This document shows, piece by piece, positions 12,357 through 24,479 of a stretch of 64,000 bases of DNA; positions within the stretch are counted from its first letter, which is position 1, and each line of letters begins with the position of its first letter. The position numbers and the translations under genes were made by a program. This DNA is from Raillietiella orientalis (taxonomy: Eukaryota), in assembly GCA_036172245.1 (NCBI GenBank), contig JAYWIR010000058.1, positions 434,001 to 498,000 on the forward strand, given 5' to 3'. The notes under the pieces are model-generated. The model made no database searches. It was not told the origin of the DNA and saw only the letters and a list, made by a program, of their open reading frames with translations.

Positions 12357-15300
12357 CTGCAACGAAATGAACAGAAAATTTGGTTCATACCAAAGAGTTA
12401 GGAAATATCTCTTGAAGTGTTAGGAAAACTTCCGTGAATCTTCAGTTCTAAACAAACATGTTTATGGTTTTATCTAACAAAGAAATAAAGCAACTTACAC
12501 ATTGCTGCTGGAAGTTTGAGGACAGTATCGTAATGGTAATATTTAGAAAGGAATACGAGAATTAGTTAATTTACTCAGTTAGCTAATCTGAAGAATGATA
12601 GTAAAGGAAATTTTGTGGAACTGCCGATCAACTGTCTTGGAGGTCTTTAATACTAGTAGTGGAATCGGGATGTTAATCAATAGAATCGAAGCGATCATGA
12701 ACTCATAGAAGAATGCCATTGGTTTTCAACGAAAAGTACGGATATCATGTAAATACGAGAAACAAGTGAAACTTTTTGTTCCAAATTAGAAACTCCAGCT
12801 TGCGTTTTCATGGTAATGATCTTTGAGATCAGTGTGCCTGTTTTCCCGAAAACAATTCTGGTGAATTGGGTATTTGGAAAAATTTCATCACTGTGTAAAC
12901 AAAACTGTTTGAATTGCCTAAGTACGACTCCTCGAGGGCGAAATTGTTTTAAGTGTGCCTTAGGGTTACTTCCTAAGGCGCACTCGTGAAAATTCAAAAT
13001 GTTAGTCGTGATTTTGTGCTCGTTCATTACTGATATGCAATGATACTTTTGACAGTTGCGACAAAAAATTCGCCTGCGAAATTGTTGCTCCTTAAGTTAC
13101 TGAGGCTGCATATAAGTGCCAATGCTAACTGCAAAACAGGAGGATTTCGGTGTGGTTCGAATGTCAGAGAGGAGATCAATTTGTTGCAGATTTCGAGGCC
13201 AAGTTTCGAGTTAAGCATTGCAATCTTTTAACTTCAGATCAGTGCGCCTTCGATGGAGGAGGAATATAATACGTACTGGAATTCCTTATATGCAACGGCT
13301 GGTATTAAACCGCTTAGATTTTCGTAGCAGCGAGAGAGTATCCCAGTATGAATGGACAGTTTCGAAAGCATTTGAAAGATTGGCATTATTGGGAACAAGA
13401 ATTGGAATGATAATGTCACGGACAGAGGACTCATTTGACATCGTCACTTGGTTTTCGCAACTATCTCGGAAGCCATGGAAACAGTCGAGTTTCAGGTTCT
13501 GTTGAAATACATCCCAATCGGGATCTTGCCTTGCGACCGAGAAAGCACGAAAAATTGTCGGTTGTGATCTAAAATATTGATCAGGAGTTTTGGGATCCTC
13601 GTTAGGGGATGGAACGAAGAGTCAAGAAAGGTGTTCTACTTAGAGAAGCCTTGAACTGCTTCAACGCGCAATGCCTTCCCCGGCCGTTTGATGAAATCGC
13701 ACGCTCAGCACTGCTGGATGGACGAATGGAAGCAGAAAAGCAGACGAAAAATAGCAAAAGTGGCTTGGTTTCTCTATCGTTTCAAAGAACAAGCTGTCGT
13801 GAGCTCATAATCATCTCGAGTTTATGTAATATAAAGATCTTCTTTTGCGGTCGAATTGAAGATCGTAAGGTGAGATCTACGAAAAGCTTGAAGATAGCAG
13901 TTGGTTGTTCAGCTAGAATATGATTTGAAAGAAACATTGTGATTGTGCCAGGGAAGCCATAAGGAATTCTGTGGCTGATAGCGAACTGTACGCTTCTCCT
14001 AAGCCCATGACGGCAGCATTGTCTCTCTGTAGAAGAATAGAATAGAAAAAAAAAATGGCAAACAGGATCTCACAACCGACCACGATACCATTCCTGGGAA
14101 GAATAAAACACGAATCAGCTCCGAATACTTTGGGGGCACCTGAATCTTCAGCGAAGGAAGAGCTGTGGCCGAAATTTCCATAGGAACAAGCATACGCCTG
14201 TTATGTTATTACATGAAGGCACGTGGTCCAAGCGCTCCCAAATCTGCATCGAGGATACCACTGCGCACCAACTGAAGCGCACTGAAAATTTTAATGAAAC
14301 ATTGCATCCTTCGAAATGACTGAAAAGAAAGGAGTTTCTGTGCCGCAGAAAGAAAAAAAAGAAAGAAATGCATCCCGAATTGTCTATGGATTCCTTCGTC
14401 ATTGCATATGATTTTACTGAACACCACGTTCACTCGTACCTTCATGTCGTTTCCGTAGTTCCTGATTCCTTCCATACAGGCATCGTTCTTAAGGCATCAG
14501 TGGACCTCTTCCCTCCCTTCCCTGATGAACATCAGCCTCGGCTCCCAACATGATGAGCAGGGAATAGCGAACCCTCCTGCGGATCCGCTGCGTCATCCCC
14601 AGCCCCAGGGACGAGAGATTTCTGAACCCTGCCGCGCGCACGTTTTCAGTGCATCTCTGTTGACCTTGGAGAGCGCGTTGCCCTTCAAGGGTCGTACCGC
14701 TTATTTCCTGTTCCCAGCTCAGCTACCCTTCTTCCTGACCACACGAATCCACTTGAGGTGGGTTCTGCTCACGCCGCGATTCGGTGCGTGAGTCTGCCTG
14801 CTTTTGGTCGTCAGACCACGTCGGCTGCTCCTGCAGGGACGTGCGCGTGTTCCCGGAGCTCCAAAATCCTCATCCTCGTTCCCAGAAGCTCGAGGTGAAG
14901 CGGGACTTCCTTCCAGGGGCTGCAGCCTCAGCTTCCTCTCCCGCGACTGTCCCCCAGGATGAGCACGTTGTTGTTCTCCCTTTCCCCGTTCCTTCCTCTT
15001 CTCCTTCCTTCTCCCGTCGGACATCCCCGTTGCGCCCGTCAGCTCATGGAGCGGTTCCCTCTGGGCATGGCTCCAGGCGGACTCAAAGAAGGCAACTACC
15101 TCTGCTCAACGGGTCGCGGTCTTTCTCGACCTTCCGGACCTTCCGGACCCTCAGCGTCCTTGAGAGCGGCAGGGTAGCGTCCCTTGCTATCCTACAGACC
15201 GTGGAGGATTTGGTCCTGTCGGTTCACGTGCCTACGTGACAAAATGGAGCACGTCTCCTTTCGTTCCAAGGTGCTCTTTTTGGTGCGCCTTTCCTACTTG

Positions 15301-18300
15301 TCCCCTGCCGGATGGTGAATCTCTCCGCTCCCATGGGTCGAGAGACACCGTCGTCGCTTCCAGCTCAGGACTACGTTGGCCTTCGTGTTGAAGGAGCTCT
15401 CTTCGTCTCGGGGAGTCTCCGGAAAAGCTTCTCCCCGAGATCCTTTCCTTCTTTCCCCGAACTGCCTTGGCTCTACCACCGTCTCCGCCTTACCCTCTCC
15501 TCCAGATGATGGCCTACTCGGATGGGGAGGCGGAGGCACACATAGCTTCAACGAGTCGCCTATTCCTGGCTGTAGGGGTTCGATCATGTGGTGGTGTTGG
15601 GCGCGCCAAGAGGAAATCACTGGCCGGTCCAAGGATTGCCACCCCCTACGAACTGACCTTGAGGAGCGGCGGCACCCCGGGACACCCGCTTGAAGAGAGA
15701 TCAAGACTCCTCTTCCGTCCGTCAGAAACCACTAACTCTCCCTTAGCACCCGCGTGCGGGCCGACTTTTCGGCACCGCGGCACCCAGAGCGAGGCTGGGA
15801 GCAGAAGTGGCTCTCCCGTGAGGTCACTGCATCTGAGTGCTTTGCCATCGGGAAGCGGTGCGCACGCGCTCGGGCACATTTTCTCCTACTCACTCCCTCA
15901 GGCCCCTCCCACAATGGGTAGCAGTGACCAATCGTGCTCGAGGGGTTCTCCAGAAAACGTGCCTCGCCTCTGAAGTCTTCCCTTTACGGTCATCTGCTAC
16001 CCCTCCCCTCACCAGCACGAAATGCTTAGGCACGCGCTCACCTAGGCGAGGGACGGCTTCTGACTCACGCGTTTGCGCGCAATCGCGTGGAGTCCTGAAG
16101 TGGGGCAAGAGAGCAGCACGCAAGGTACCACCTCCTCCTCGAGACCCGAGGTCTTCCATGAGCTTCGGACCTCCCTCGGAGTACTGACTTGTATTCTCCT
16201 GGAGGAGGATCTACGGCAGGATTCCAGGAAAGTAGGGGAGGAGCGCACAACCAGTAAACTCAAGGAAACCCTGAGGTACGGGAGGACGCAGCAAGCAAGC
16301 GCTGCTCCTGCTGCAACAGCAGCGAAGGCGCTATTATCGTGGGAGATGCAAGTTAGTTGGCCGACTGAGCAGCGTGCCGAGGAACCGGGGACTTCAACCG
16401 CGGACGCACGTCCTACGGACCTCAGGCAAAGTGGTGGACCATGAGCATTCTCGCCCGACACTGGGGCGAGAGTGCTCGTGAGGCCACGGAGGCGTTTCTA
16501 GCCTTTGAGCACTACGCCCGGCTCCAGATGACCGTCCTCACCCACCCCAAGAGGGCGCGCGTGCATTCGCGTACTTATGATTGTGGAGAGGAAGGAGGTC
16601 CACAATCAGCGAGCTGGCCGCGGGAGAGGATCGGGGGGAAACAAATGTGATTCATCGGAGTCAGTGCGCCATTTAACGTGCATCTGCCAAGATAACCGTG
16701 TCTTCTCTACTGCTGTAGCAAGAGCAGCGCCACCCAGGGACAGACAGGACTGCAGATTCTCCTCCAATGGCGTGCCCCATCCAACAAGTAGATCTGAGCA
16801 AGGACTAGTCCCTTCTGCATCTGGATAGGAGCAGCTGACGGCCAAGACTCCGACCACCGTCTCGCTGCGCGCATGCAGCCGGCCGCACCCAAATTTCAGC
16901 CTTTTTTCAGCTTTTCACTGTTACCTAGGCAACTCTTGAGCGTAGGAAGGAAAAAAATTTTTTTTTTTTCGTAAAGATGCTTTTGAAATCTATTCTTTCC
17001 AAGACCAGGATAGCAGTTTGACTTTTAGAGGTCGCGGCGGCTGCCTACTGGTGCTGCAAGGAGGTGAGTGGACGGTCAGCGATCTTGATATTTCTTTCCT
17101 CGCTTTTTTTTTTTTCTTCCCTTCAGATGTTAGGCGCAGTAGAGCAGCTTTGGAAGCCGGGGAACAAAGAAGAAGGAACCATAGAAGATAAAGATGATGC
17201 AGGTCTGCAGCGTGCACCGTCGGGGAGCAGTGCACGCTGCCGGGAAAGTGAAGGCCAGGGCGTCTGCTGCTGCCCGAGGGACGAAGAGGAACCTTCCCTG
17301 GTGGTAGTTTGGGTAAGTTTGGGACCGCGCCACTTACCCTCTTACAGTCTTCCAGGAGTCGCGCGCCTGGAAGGAGTTCACCCAGAACCACCTGACAAAG
17401 TAGGCGCGCCGTTGAGCACCTTGGAGGAGGTATCCAGCTCCAAATTAAATAACGTTGTACTGGAGCGTTCGCCTGTGCTTCGTTTCGGGGGTAGCGGGTA
17501 AGAGGGAGGGACGTCTTCCAGAGGATGACTCAGGAGAGATGGAAGCTGCGCTGCAGTTTGAAAGAAAAAGGTGTCGTTCGGCGAGAAAGGAGGTGGGACT
17601 TTCTTAGGTGGTCACTCGCAGAGTAACAGACTGTCTGGAAGGCTGCTCAAAACGAAGCTCCGCACATCCGGACAGGGATCTCGGAGCCGGAGAGGTTTTC
17701 CCGTTTGCGGCAGCTGGAGGGCGGGACCAGGAAACATGTGGAGGCTTTGGTACAGGAAAGAGGGCTCCAGATGGGCAGCAAACCGGCGCCGGACCTCGAC
17801 TGCCCCGCCCACAGGTGATGACCGAGCGGAAGAGAAAGCCAGGATGCGCTGCTCAGGGCAAAGAAGATTGGCGATACTCCTCTTCCTGTCCTCCTGCAGT
17901 CTCATGCTGCCTCCAGGAAGGGTGGAGGCGACCCAAGAACCGGTCCAGTCGGCCTCTGAAAAGGAAGCACCTGAGCCCTGCCTACCATTACAGCGTTCGG
18001 CAGCTCACGGAGACGCTGGGAGGACCGCACAGAAGATTTCTTCACCACCAAACCTCCGAATCACGCTCCGCTGTCCCTCTCCCGACTCCAGGAAACTCCC
18101 TGCCCTTCTCCCTGCCCGATCCCGGCGGAGTTCCCTCCCGTAGCGGTCTCGAGGCTAATCGGACTTGATCCTCTTTGAGGAGATGGCGTAGCGAAGAGTT
18201 TGATACCACTGGGCTCTCAAGAAGTTGCCCTGAGTACCCAAGCACGAAACATACTGGAAGCTGCTGCCGTGGCAGCAGGACGCGGCCATCTCTCCAGTGT

Positions 18301-19476
18301 CAGGAATCGCACTTGAAAAGAGGCGATCTTCACTGCAGACACTCCCGGCGGAATCACGAAGGCGAGAGCTAGTCCAGAGTAAAGGGATTCTGCCTCAGGA
18401 CCACAGTTGCCCAGAGGTACGCGAAAGAATGCGCGCACCTCGCCCTTCGGCCTTCGATTGCAAACGCTGACCCCACGGACCAGTCCAAGACCGCCATCGA
18501 ATTTTCCGAGAGAACGCCTGCTGACTCATGGGATGACTCTCGGAAAGGCGAACGGAACCGAGGGTCATCCAGTTTTCGAGTAGGTGCTTCGATGCTCCCG
18601 GGCCATCCGCAGCATCACTGTTCCCTGAGAGAGCGATTTTTCTTTGGATGTTTATTCCAAGGCTTCCTCCATCACGGAAAGCCAGGATTCGAAGCGGAGA
18701 GCGTCCCTGTGCTCCCCAATGCATCGGTGCTTCCACCGGAGCGGGCACAGGAACCACCTCCCTCAACTTTCCACTGCAGCATCTAAAGAGAGACCCGCTT
18801 CTCTGGTTTCCTACCACCCCATCCGGAAGGATCGTCGAGGGCCAGTTTTCATGAGGAACGATGCCACGGTGGCGGGGTCGCGAGCACGGAGGGCCGCGCA
18901 CCCCACGATGCGCAGGGATCCCAAATTGTCTCTGGGCCGCGCGGCGATGCAACGAGGCTGCAGGGAGCTTGCCGCTACCTCCTCCTGGAGCATCCCCCTG
19001 AGCCCACGACCTTGCAGCTTGCCATTGGAGTCTCCTCCTTCTCCAGTTCCTTCCCTGCACCCCGAGGAGGCGTGGCGGAGGCGCTATTGGGAGCGGAAAA
19101 GCGCTCATGCACTTGCAGGATCTCCAGGTCCTCATCTCATGGGAGGTGGAGAACACGGAACACGGAATCGCGTAGGGTGGTAGCATGGTGGCTGCATGCC
19201 ACCCACCCTGTACGATTCTCGCTACTCACTGCTGAGTACGAAACGCTCAATTTCGCGTATGCTGCGCGCTTCGATACGGCAGGACTGACATTCCAAGTGA
19301 TTTCACCGGCTGCTTCCACCCAGCGCGCGCGCCCGCGTCGAATGGACCAGTCGGCGTGGGAGCTCGCGCGGCATTTGGCACGTCTCTCCTGCAGCCGCGG
19401 GCCTTGGGACGGGTGAGGCGCGTCCGGCCGTCATCCACGAGCTCGAAATGCTCGCGCGTTTGCACCGGCATCACCT

Positions 19477-19946
19477 CTATGCACACCTATGAGTAAGTGT
19501 GCGAATGCTCATGAATGTGTACACGTACAAGAGAGCGCTCAGGTGAGTCCATGAGGCGTGTGAATGTGTGCGTACACACTTGTACAAGTAAACGTAACTT
19601 TATGGGTGTTCGTGCGTGCGTGAGTGCGTGTTAGCACGCATGAGTGTACGCACGTCTGTGTGCATGCACGTACATGCGTAGATGCTTGTGTACATGTGTT
19701 TGTGATCACGTGCTTGTGTGTGCATGCAAGTTCTTGAGGATGCAAGCATGTGCTCATGTTGCCGTTTGAGTATTTGCGTGTACGATGTACACGTGTGTGT
19801 GTGTGTTTGCCCGTGTGCATATGCATCTATGTACGCGGATGTGTAAGCACACGCTCGTGTCTATGTGCGCTTACGCAAAGAGGTGTAGGTATGTACGTAC
19901 ATCCACGTGATGCAAACGAATACGTACAGGTGCACGTGTGTCCGTG
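19477..19946. repeat. Degenerate alternating purine-pyrimidine (GT/GC/AT/AC) low-complexity tract
   Basis: About 470 nt of GTGTGCGTACAC / GTGCATGCACGTACATGCGT-type sequence. Confidence 0.9.
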
Positions 19947-22900
19947 ATCTCATTGAAGTGATGTTAAGTGGAAACTGCTGCTGGAGTGCTCCTTCCACGA
20001 AAGGAAGCGCTTTAGTTGGTGAGAAGGGCTGGGTAGAGGAGTCCTTCATAGGATACCTGCAAGTGATCCTAGGACCGGAGGACTCGTCATGGTCTTAGTC
20101 CAGAACAACCCAGCAGAGGCAAGCGAGGCGGCAGTGGCTGTGCTTGTGGCAGAGGCGGGCAACATGGAGGCGGAGGCCACGTATGCGCTGTACTCTCGGT
20201 CCTCGCGCTTGGCGCTGCGGAGGCGGTTCCTGCAGCACTGAGGATGATTCGGGATAGCCGATGGCTGACTGCCTCCACGGAAAGGATGAGAGAAGTGTGG
20301 CGGGTCGGGCGTCCCTTCCTGCTGTCGTCAAGACGACCGCATGGCTCTCTTGAAAGGCAGAGCGCTGGCGCGAAATGGAGCGAGCCGCTCTCGGCTGCAG
20401 AGGGAGGTGGGAAGTGGGTAAAGGAAGCGACCAGACGATTCGAAAAGGTCGCTGAAAGCGGCTGGGAGGAGGGATTGTGCCCCTAAGAATGATTTTCCCG
20501 ACGCGAAGTGGCCCAAAGTGGAGCCGCTGGAGATACGCAGTTTGTAGAAGGGGGTGAGGGCGGACCGGAAGCTGTGGCGGGTCCTCGGTTGCTTGCAGGG
20601 GATGCGAGTTCGCCCAGGAGGACGCGAACGGACTTTACCGTGGAATCCTCTCGGCTCCGCTCCATCACCAGGCACCCTGGAAACCACGCTCCTCTCCCTA
20701 TGAATCATTGCGGCATCGGGGCGAGGTCCACGGGAATGGAATGCTGGGAGTTAATTCCCGCCGGCTGCGTAAGATCCCGACCCGATATGGAAATTCTCTC
20801 GATCCGCTCTCCCTGGAGACGTAACTGAGGCTTTGAAAGTTACGATCGAGTGCTCCCTCTCAGCATCCGTGTCCTGGGTGATATCGGGATGAATCAAATT
20901 TCCCTGCTCATCTGCCTTTGCCGACTGCATTCAACCTTCCCGGGCTCTCTGACTCCGCTGCCATCCAAATCCCCAGCTGTCACCAGGTGGAGCGCGTGTA
21001 CACGCGCAGCTCCGCACGGTGCCGCGACGCTTTCAGCTAAGGAAGACTCAGCACGCGGACGGTCGCTCCCTAAAAAATGCTTCCCACCGCCCCGAAGGTG
21101 CCCACGGGATGGTGTGTGCAAACGCGGGCTCCATACTCGCGTTCGTCCCTTTGTTCCTGCGGTCCCTGCGAAGTGGTCCAGGGCTCTGAAGGCTTTCCGG
21201 CAGGCGGAGGAGGAAAAGTTTCAAACTCCTGGAGAGGTGGTGTGGTAGAGCTCACCGCCCGCCGAAGACGCCGCAGGAAGCGAGAGGGACCCGCGAAGAG
21301 GTGACCTTTCCCGCGGAAGTCAAAAGTCAGCATCCAGACGACCCATCGAGCGCAGCTGGTCGTTCCCGGCATATTCTGCAGTGTGTGGCCGGGGATGCAG
21401 GAAACCGCCTGCTCTCTAGGATACCAGGCTGCAAGCGCGGCGAAAACGCGGCGAAACGAGCCGTGGGCCATCGGTGCGCTAACGTCCGCGCCTTGCTCTC
21501 CCCGGCCGTGGGGTGGGTCTGGGAGGCCTCGCTCTGGTCAAACCAGAAAGAGGAAGCGATCCGAGGTTTCTCTTCGAGCGGGAGAGCTTGGCAGAGCCGA
21601 TCACCTCTCTCCGTGGAGGTTGGATTTCTCGATGCGATCCGGGAGCAGCCATCGTCATCTTTGCACGCACTTCGCCCCTCACTTCGACCGCTGTTGCTGA
21701 GCGAGTGTTCCGGGTTGAATCGGCTGATCTTCCGTACCAGCTGCTCTTTGACCGTCCTTATCAACGCTTGTTCACAGCAGTTTCCGATACCTGAGGCATG
21801 CAGCAGGCGGAGGGCAACATCGGATTCCAGAACTGCCTGGAGTTCTTTTTCGGTATAACTTGTCCTCTGCCTCCAAGAAAAGGTCAGCAATTGCAACAGT
21901 CCCCCTTGACGCTCGATGACCGGCTTCTGCGAGGAAAAAGCACCATCTGTGGGATTCATCTGGTCTTCCAGCCTGTCGGAAGAGAGCAGCTGCAGAATCT
22001 AGAGCTAACTCCAAGCTACCTCTCCGGGATGCGGAGAAGGTTTCCTGGAGATCGAGTCTGCCCAGGCGGTTCCCTCTCGCGATTCTTCGTCCACGGACAG
22101 CCGCGGCGTGCCGGATGCTGAGGAAATGCCGCTCTGCACCGCTGATTGGACTCCCGGCTAAGCGGAAGGACGGCTCCCAGCCAATCGCCGGGAAGCATCC
22201 GGCCGGGCTCAGGCGCGCCCCGCTGCTTCTTGAGGGGCGAGGCAGAAGTCCACAAAGGGGAACCGGGAAAGGGTTTTCTTGCGAAGAACCCCAGCAGTAA
22301 CAGCAGCATTACCGAGTGCTCTTCCCGATGGTTGCCGGGTGCTTCGGCTCTCGTCGAAGCACCCGCAGACTGCGCATCGAACTTCCAGTCGTGGGTTGAT
22401 CGTCGACAGTGCCTGCGATCCCTTGACAACCGGCGCAACTTCCCCGTCCTGTCCCCTCTCCCTACCGGCGAAGCCTTGTCCGGAACCAAGTGCCAGCGGG
22501 TTGTTCTTCAGTCCTCGGGAAAGAGTGCTCTCCTGCCGCTCCTATTCAGGACCCGGAGGGGACCTGAATAGGAGCGGCGGGAGAGTCTTTCTCGGGAGGA
22601 AAGCACTCCTTCCTGCCTCTGAGGTAGCAAGGCCGAGAGGACGGTGGCGGCGGCGGTGCATCCCAGCTTTCTCTCCATACTGCGACGCCAGCCGGCTCCA
22701 GGAGCCACTGAGAAAGAAAGTGCACCGATGCCGCTAAGTTCCTCCCCTCAGAAGTCACCTCCCTCTCATTTGGAAAGTTCATCTCGTGGGGGAGGGGGGA
22801 AGGAAGTCGGATCGAAGGTGACAAAACGCTCTAGGCTGGCAAGGAAGTCCACATGAGCATCCCAAGGTAGCTGCGGCTGCCCGTCCCTCTGACGGAGGAA

Positions 22901-23613
22901 CGAAGGGCCAACGGGCAAGGGAGGTAGGGAAAGGAAGGATAGGGATTCGTTCCCTCCTGCGCCACTTTCCCTTTCGTTACGCCAAGCAGCCGGGGTTGTG
23001 CAGCTCCGAGGTCCGCGGAACCGCAGCGGAGACTCCTGAGGGACACCGAGAAACTGGCGAGAGAAAATGAGGGTCTCCGGCAAAACTTATTCCTTCGTCG
23101 GACGGCTCCTTGGGGTGGAGCAAGGGACTCACTTGGATTCCATACGGAGAAGGATAGTTCAATGGAGAAAGCAGGGGCGACAGCGACCCCCTTTCGGGGC
23201 GTGCTTCCGTCTCCTTTCCCTTTTTCCTGTTGCTCGTCGAAGGGGGAGAGGGAGAGGAGAAAATAGGTAGCTCCAAGCTCGTGCTCCACCCTGCCCACTC
23301 CCTTCTTCTCTCTGGCACAACCGTCCCAGGAGTCCTTTCTCAGGTTGCTTCTAGCTAGAGACGGCACTTGAACTGAGGTAGCTCTCCTCACAGAAGCTGC
23401 GGCTGCAGCAGCGGTACTACTCACTCCCATCCCACCCTAATTCCCGTCTCCCTCCTCTCCTCTCTCACTCCGTAAGCAGGGGACTGACCCTTTACCAGGT
23501 AGCTCGGGAAAGAAGGAACGAGGGTGGAGGAGGCAGACGCACGTCTGAGGCGTGGTCTTTTCGGGATGTATTTCTCGGAGAGCAAGGGGCGGCGAAGAGG
23601 GAGGACGAGGAGG

Positions 23614-24479
23614 TCATCTGCGCGTCATCACCTCCGCAGGACTTCTGCGCCGCCTCGTTGGGCTGCCTCCGCCCTGATTCATCGCCCTCACGTCGACCTT
23701 CAGGATTCCCCCGTAAAAGCCTCCGCGGAAATACCGGTCCGTCAGCACGAGACACTCGTTCTGGGAGACGATCCCTTCCAGGTTCTCCAGCCACGGGAGG
23801 ACCTGCCAGGGGGAGGAGGAGGAGGAAGAGGAAGGGTGGGACTCCCTACCTTCCCCTCGTAGATGACCCGCTTGTCCCGGAGGCTCATCTCCAGCACCAC
23901 GCGGTAGCAGTCCGCCTTGCTCGCTTGCCCGTACACCTGCAGCAGGAAGTACCACTCCTGCCCCTCGGGCACGTAGTGGATGGAGAAGATGAAGACTTCG
24001 GAGAACTTCTCCATGATGCAGTGAACGCGTAGCGGCTTCCTCCGCTGGATCTCCTTCAGGTCCTCGATCTTGATCCCGATCTCGACGCAGTTCTGGAAGA
24101 TGGGCTTGTTCTCGTGGACCTTGGACAGGTGCTGAAGCAGCGCCTCGGGGTAGCTGGCCACCTCGGCGCTGCAGTAGGGGCACTGCAGCGGCTGATAAGG
24201 ACACTCTCTCTCGTGAGACTCCTTCTTCGGCAGGTACTTCAGCTCCTCGCACCCGTACTTGGAGTACTTGCAGGGGAAAGGGACGTCGTTGGCAATGGCC
24301 TCCAGGGTTTGGTTCCGCTGCTTGCTGAAGGGGGCACCGCACAGTGGGCACGCATCCCGCTCCTTCTGACACTGCTGGCAGATGACGTGCCCGTTGGCGC
24401 ACTGGGGGATGGGCGGTACGACGTACTCTTTGCAAACGGGGCACTGGAACTTCTTGAGAATCTCTCCGAGCTTGGCCAT
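23614..24479 (-). CDS. Seven-in-absentia (Siah/Sina)-family RING E3 ubiquitin ligase, divergent paralog, 272 aa
   Basis: Exons 24479-23850 and 23802-23614 joined across a 47-nt intron (AAG|GTAGGG...CTCCTCCCCCTGGCAG|GTC). C3HC4 RING (CPVC..CANGHVICQQC..CPLC), RNQTLEAIA linker, zinc fingers CKYSKYGC..HEREC and CPYC..HLSKVH, then a TRAF-like substrate-binding region (WYFLLQVYG..ADCYRVVLEM..KVLPWLENLEGIVSQNECLVL). Splicing reconciles ORFs 23742..24479 and 23614..24444. Confidence 0.92.

Noticed and set aside
14900..14975. NVLILGD on the minus strand, resembling a LINE endonuclease motif
   Set aside because: Followed by S rather than FN and quickly by a stop; no RT or other endonuclease motifs nearby.
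14700..23450. Many overlapping 100-260 aa ORFs on both strands (for example 18395..19186, 21327..21959, 22831..23430)
   Set aside because: Arg/Pro/Ser/Gly-rich translations expected by chance at high GC; no domain or consistent codon bias seen. A divergent gene cannot be fully excluded.
23742..23849. Poly-proline C-terminus or apparent frameshift in the Siah-like ORF
   Set aside because: Explained by a canonical 47-nt GT-AG intron; no frameshift needed.
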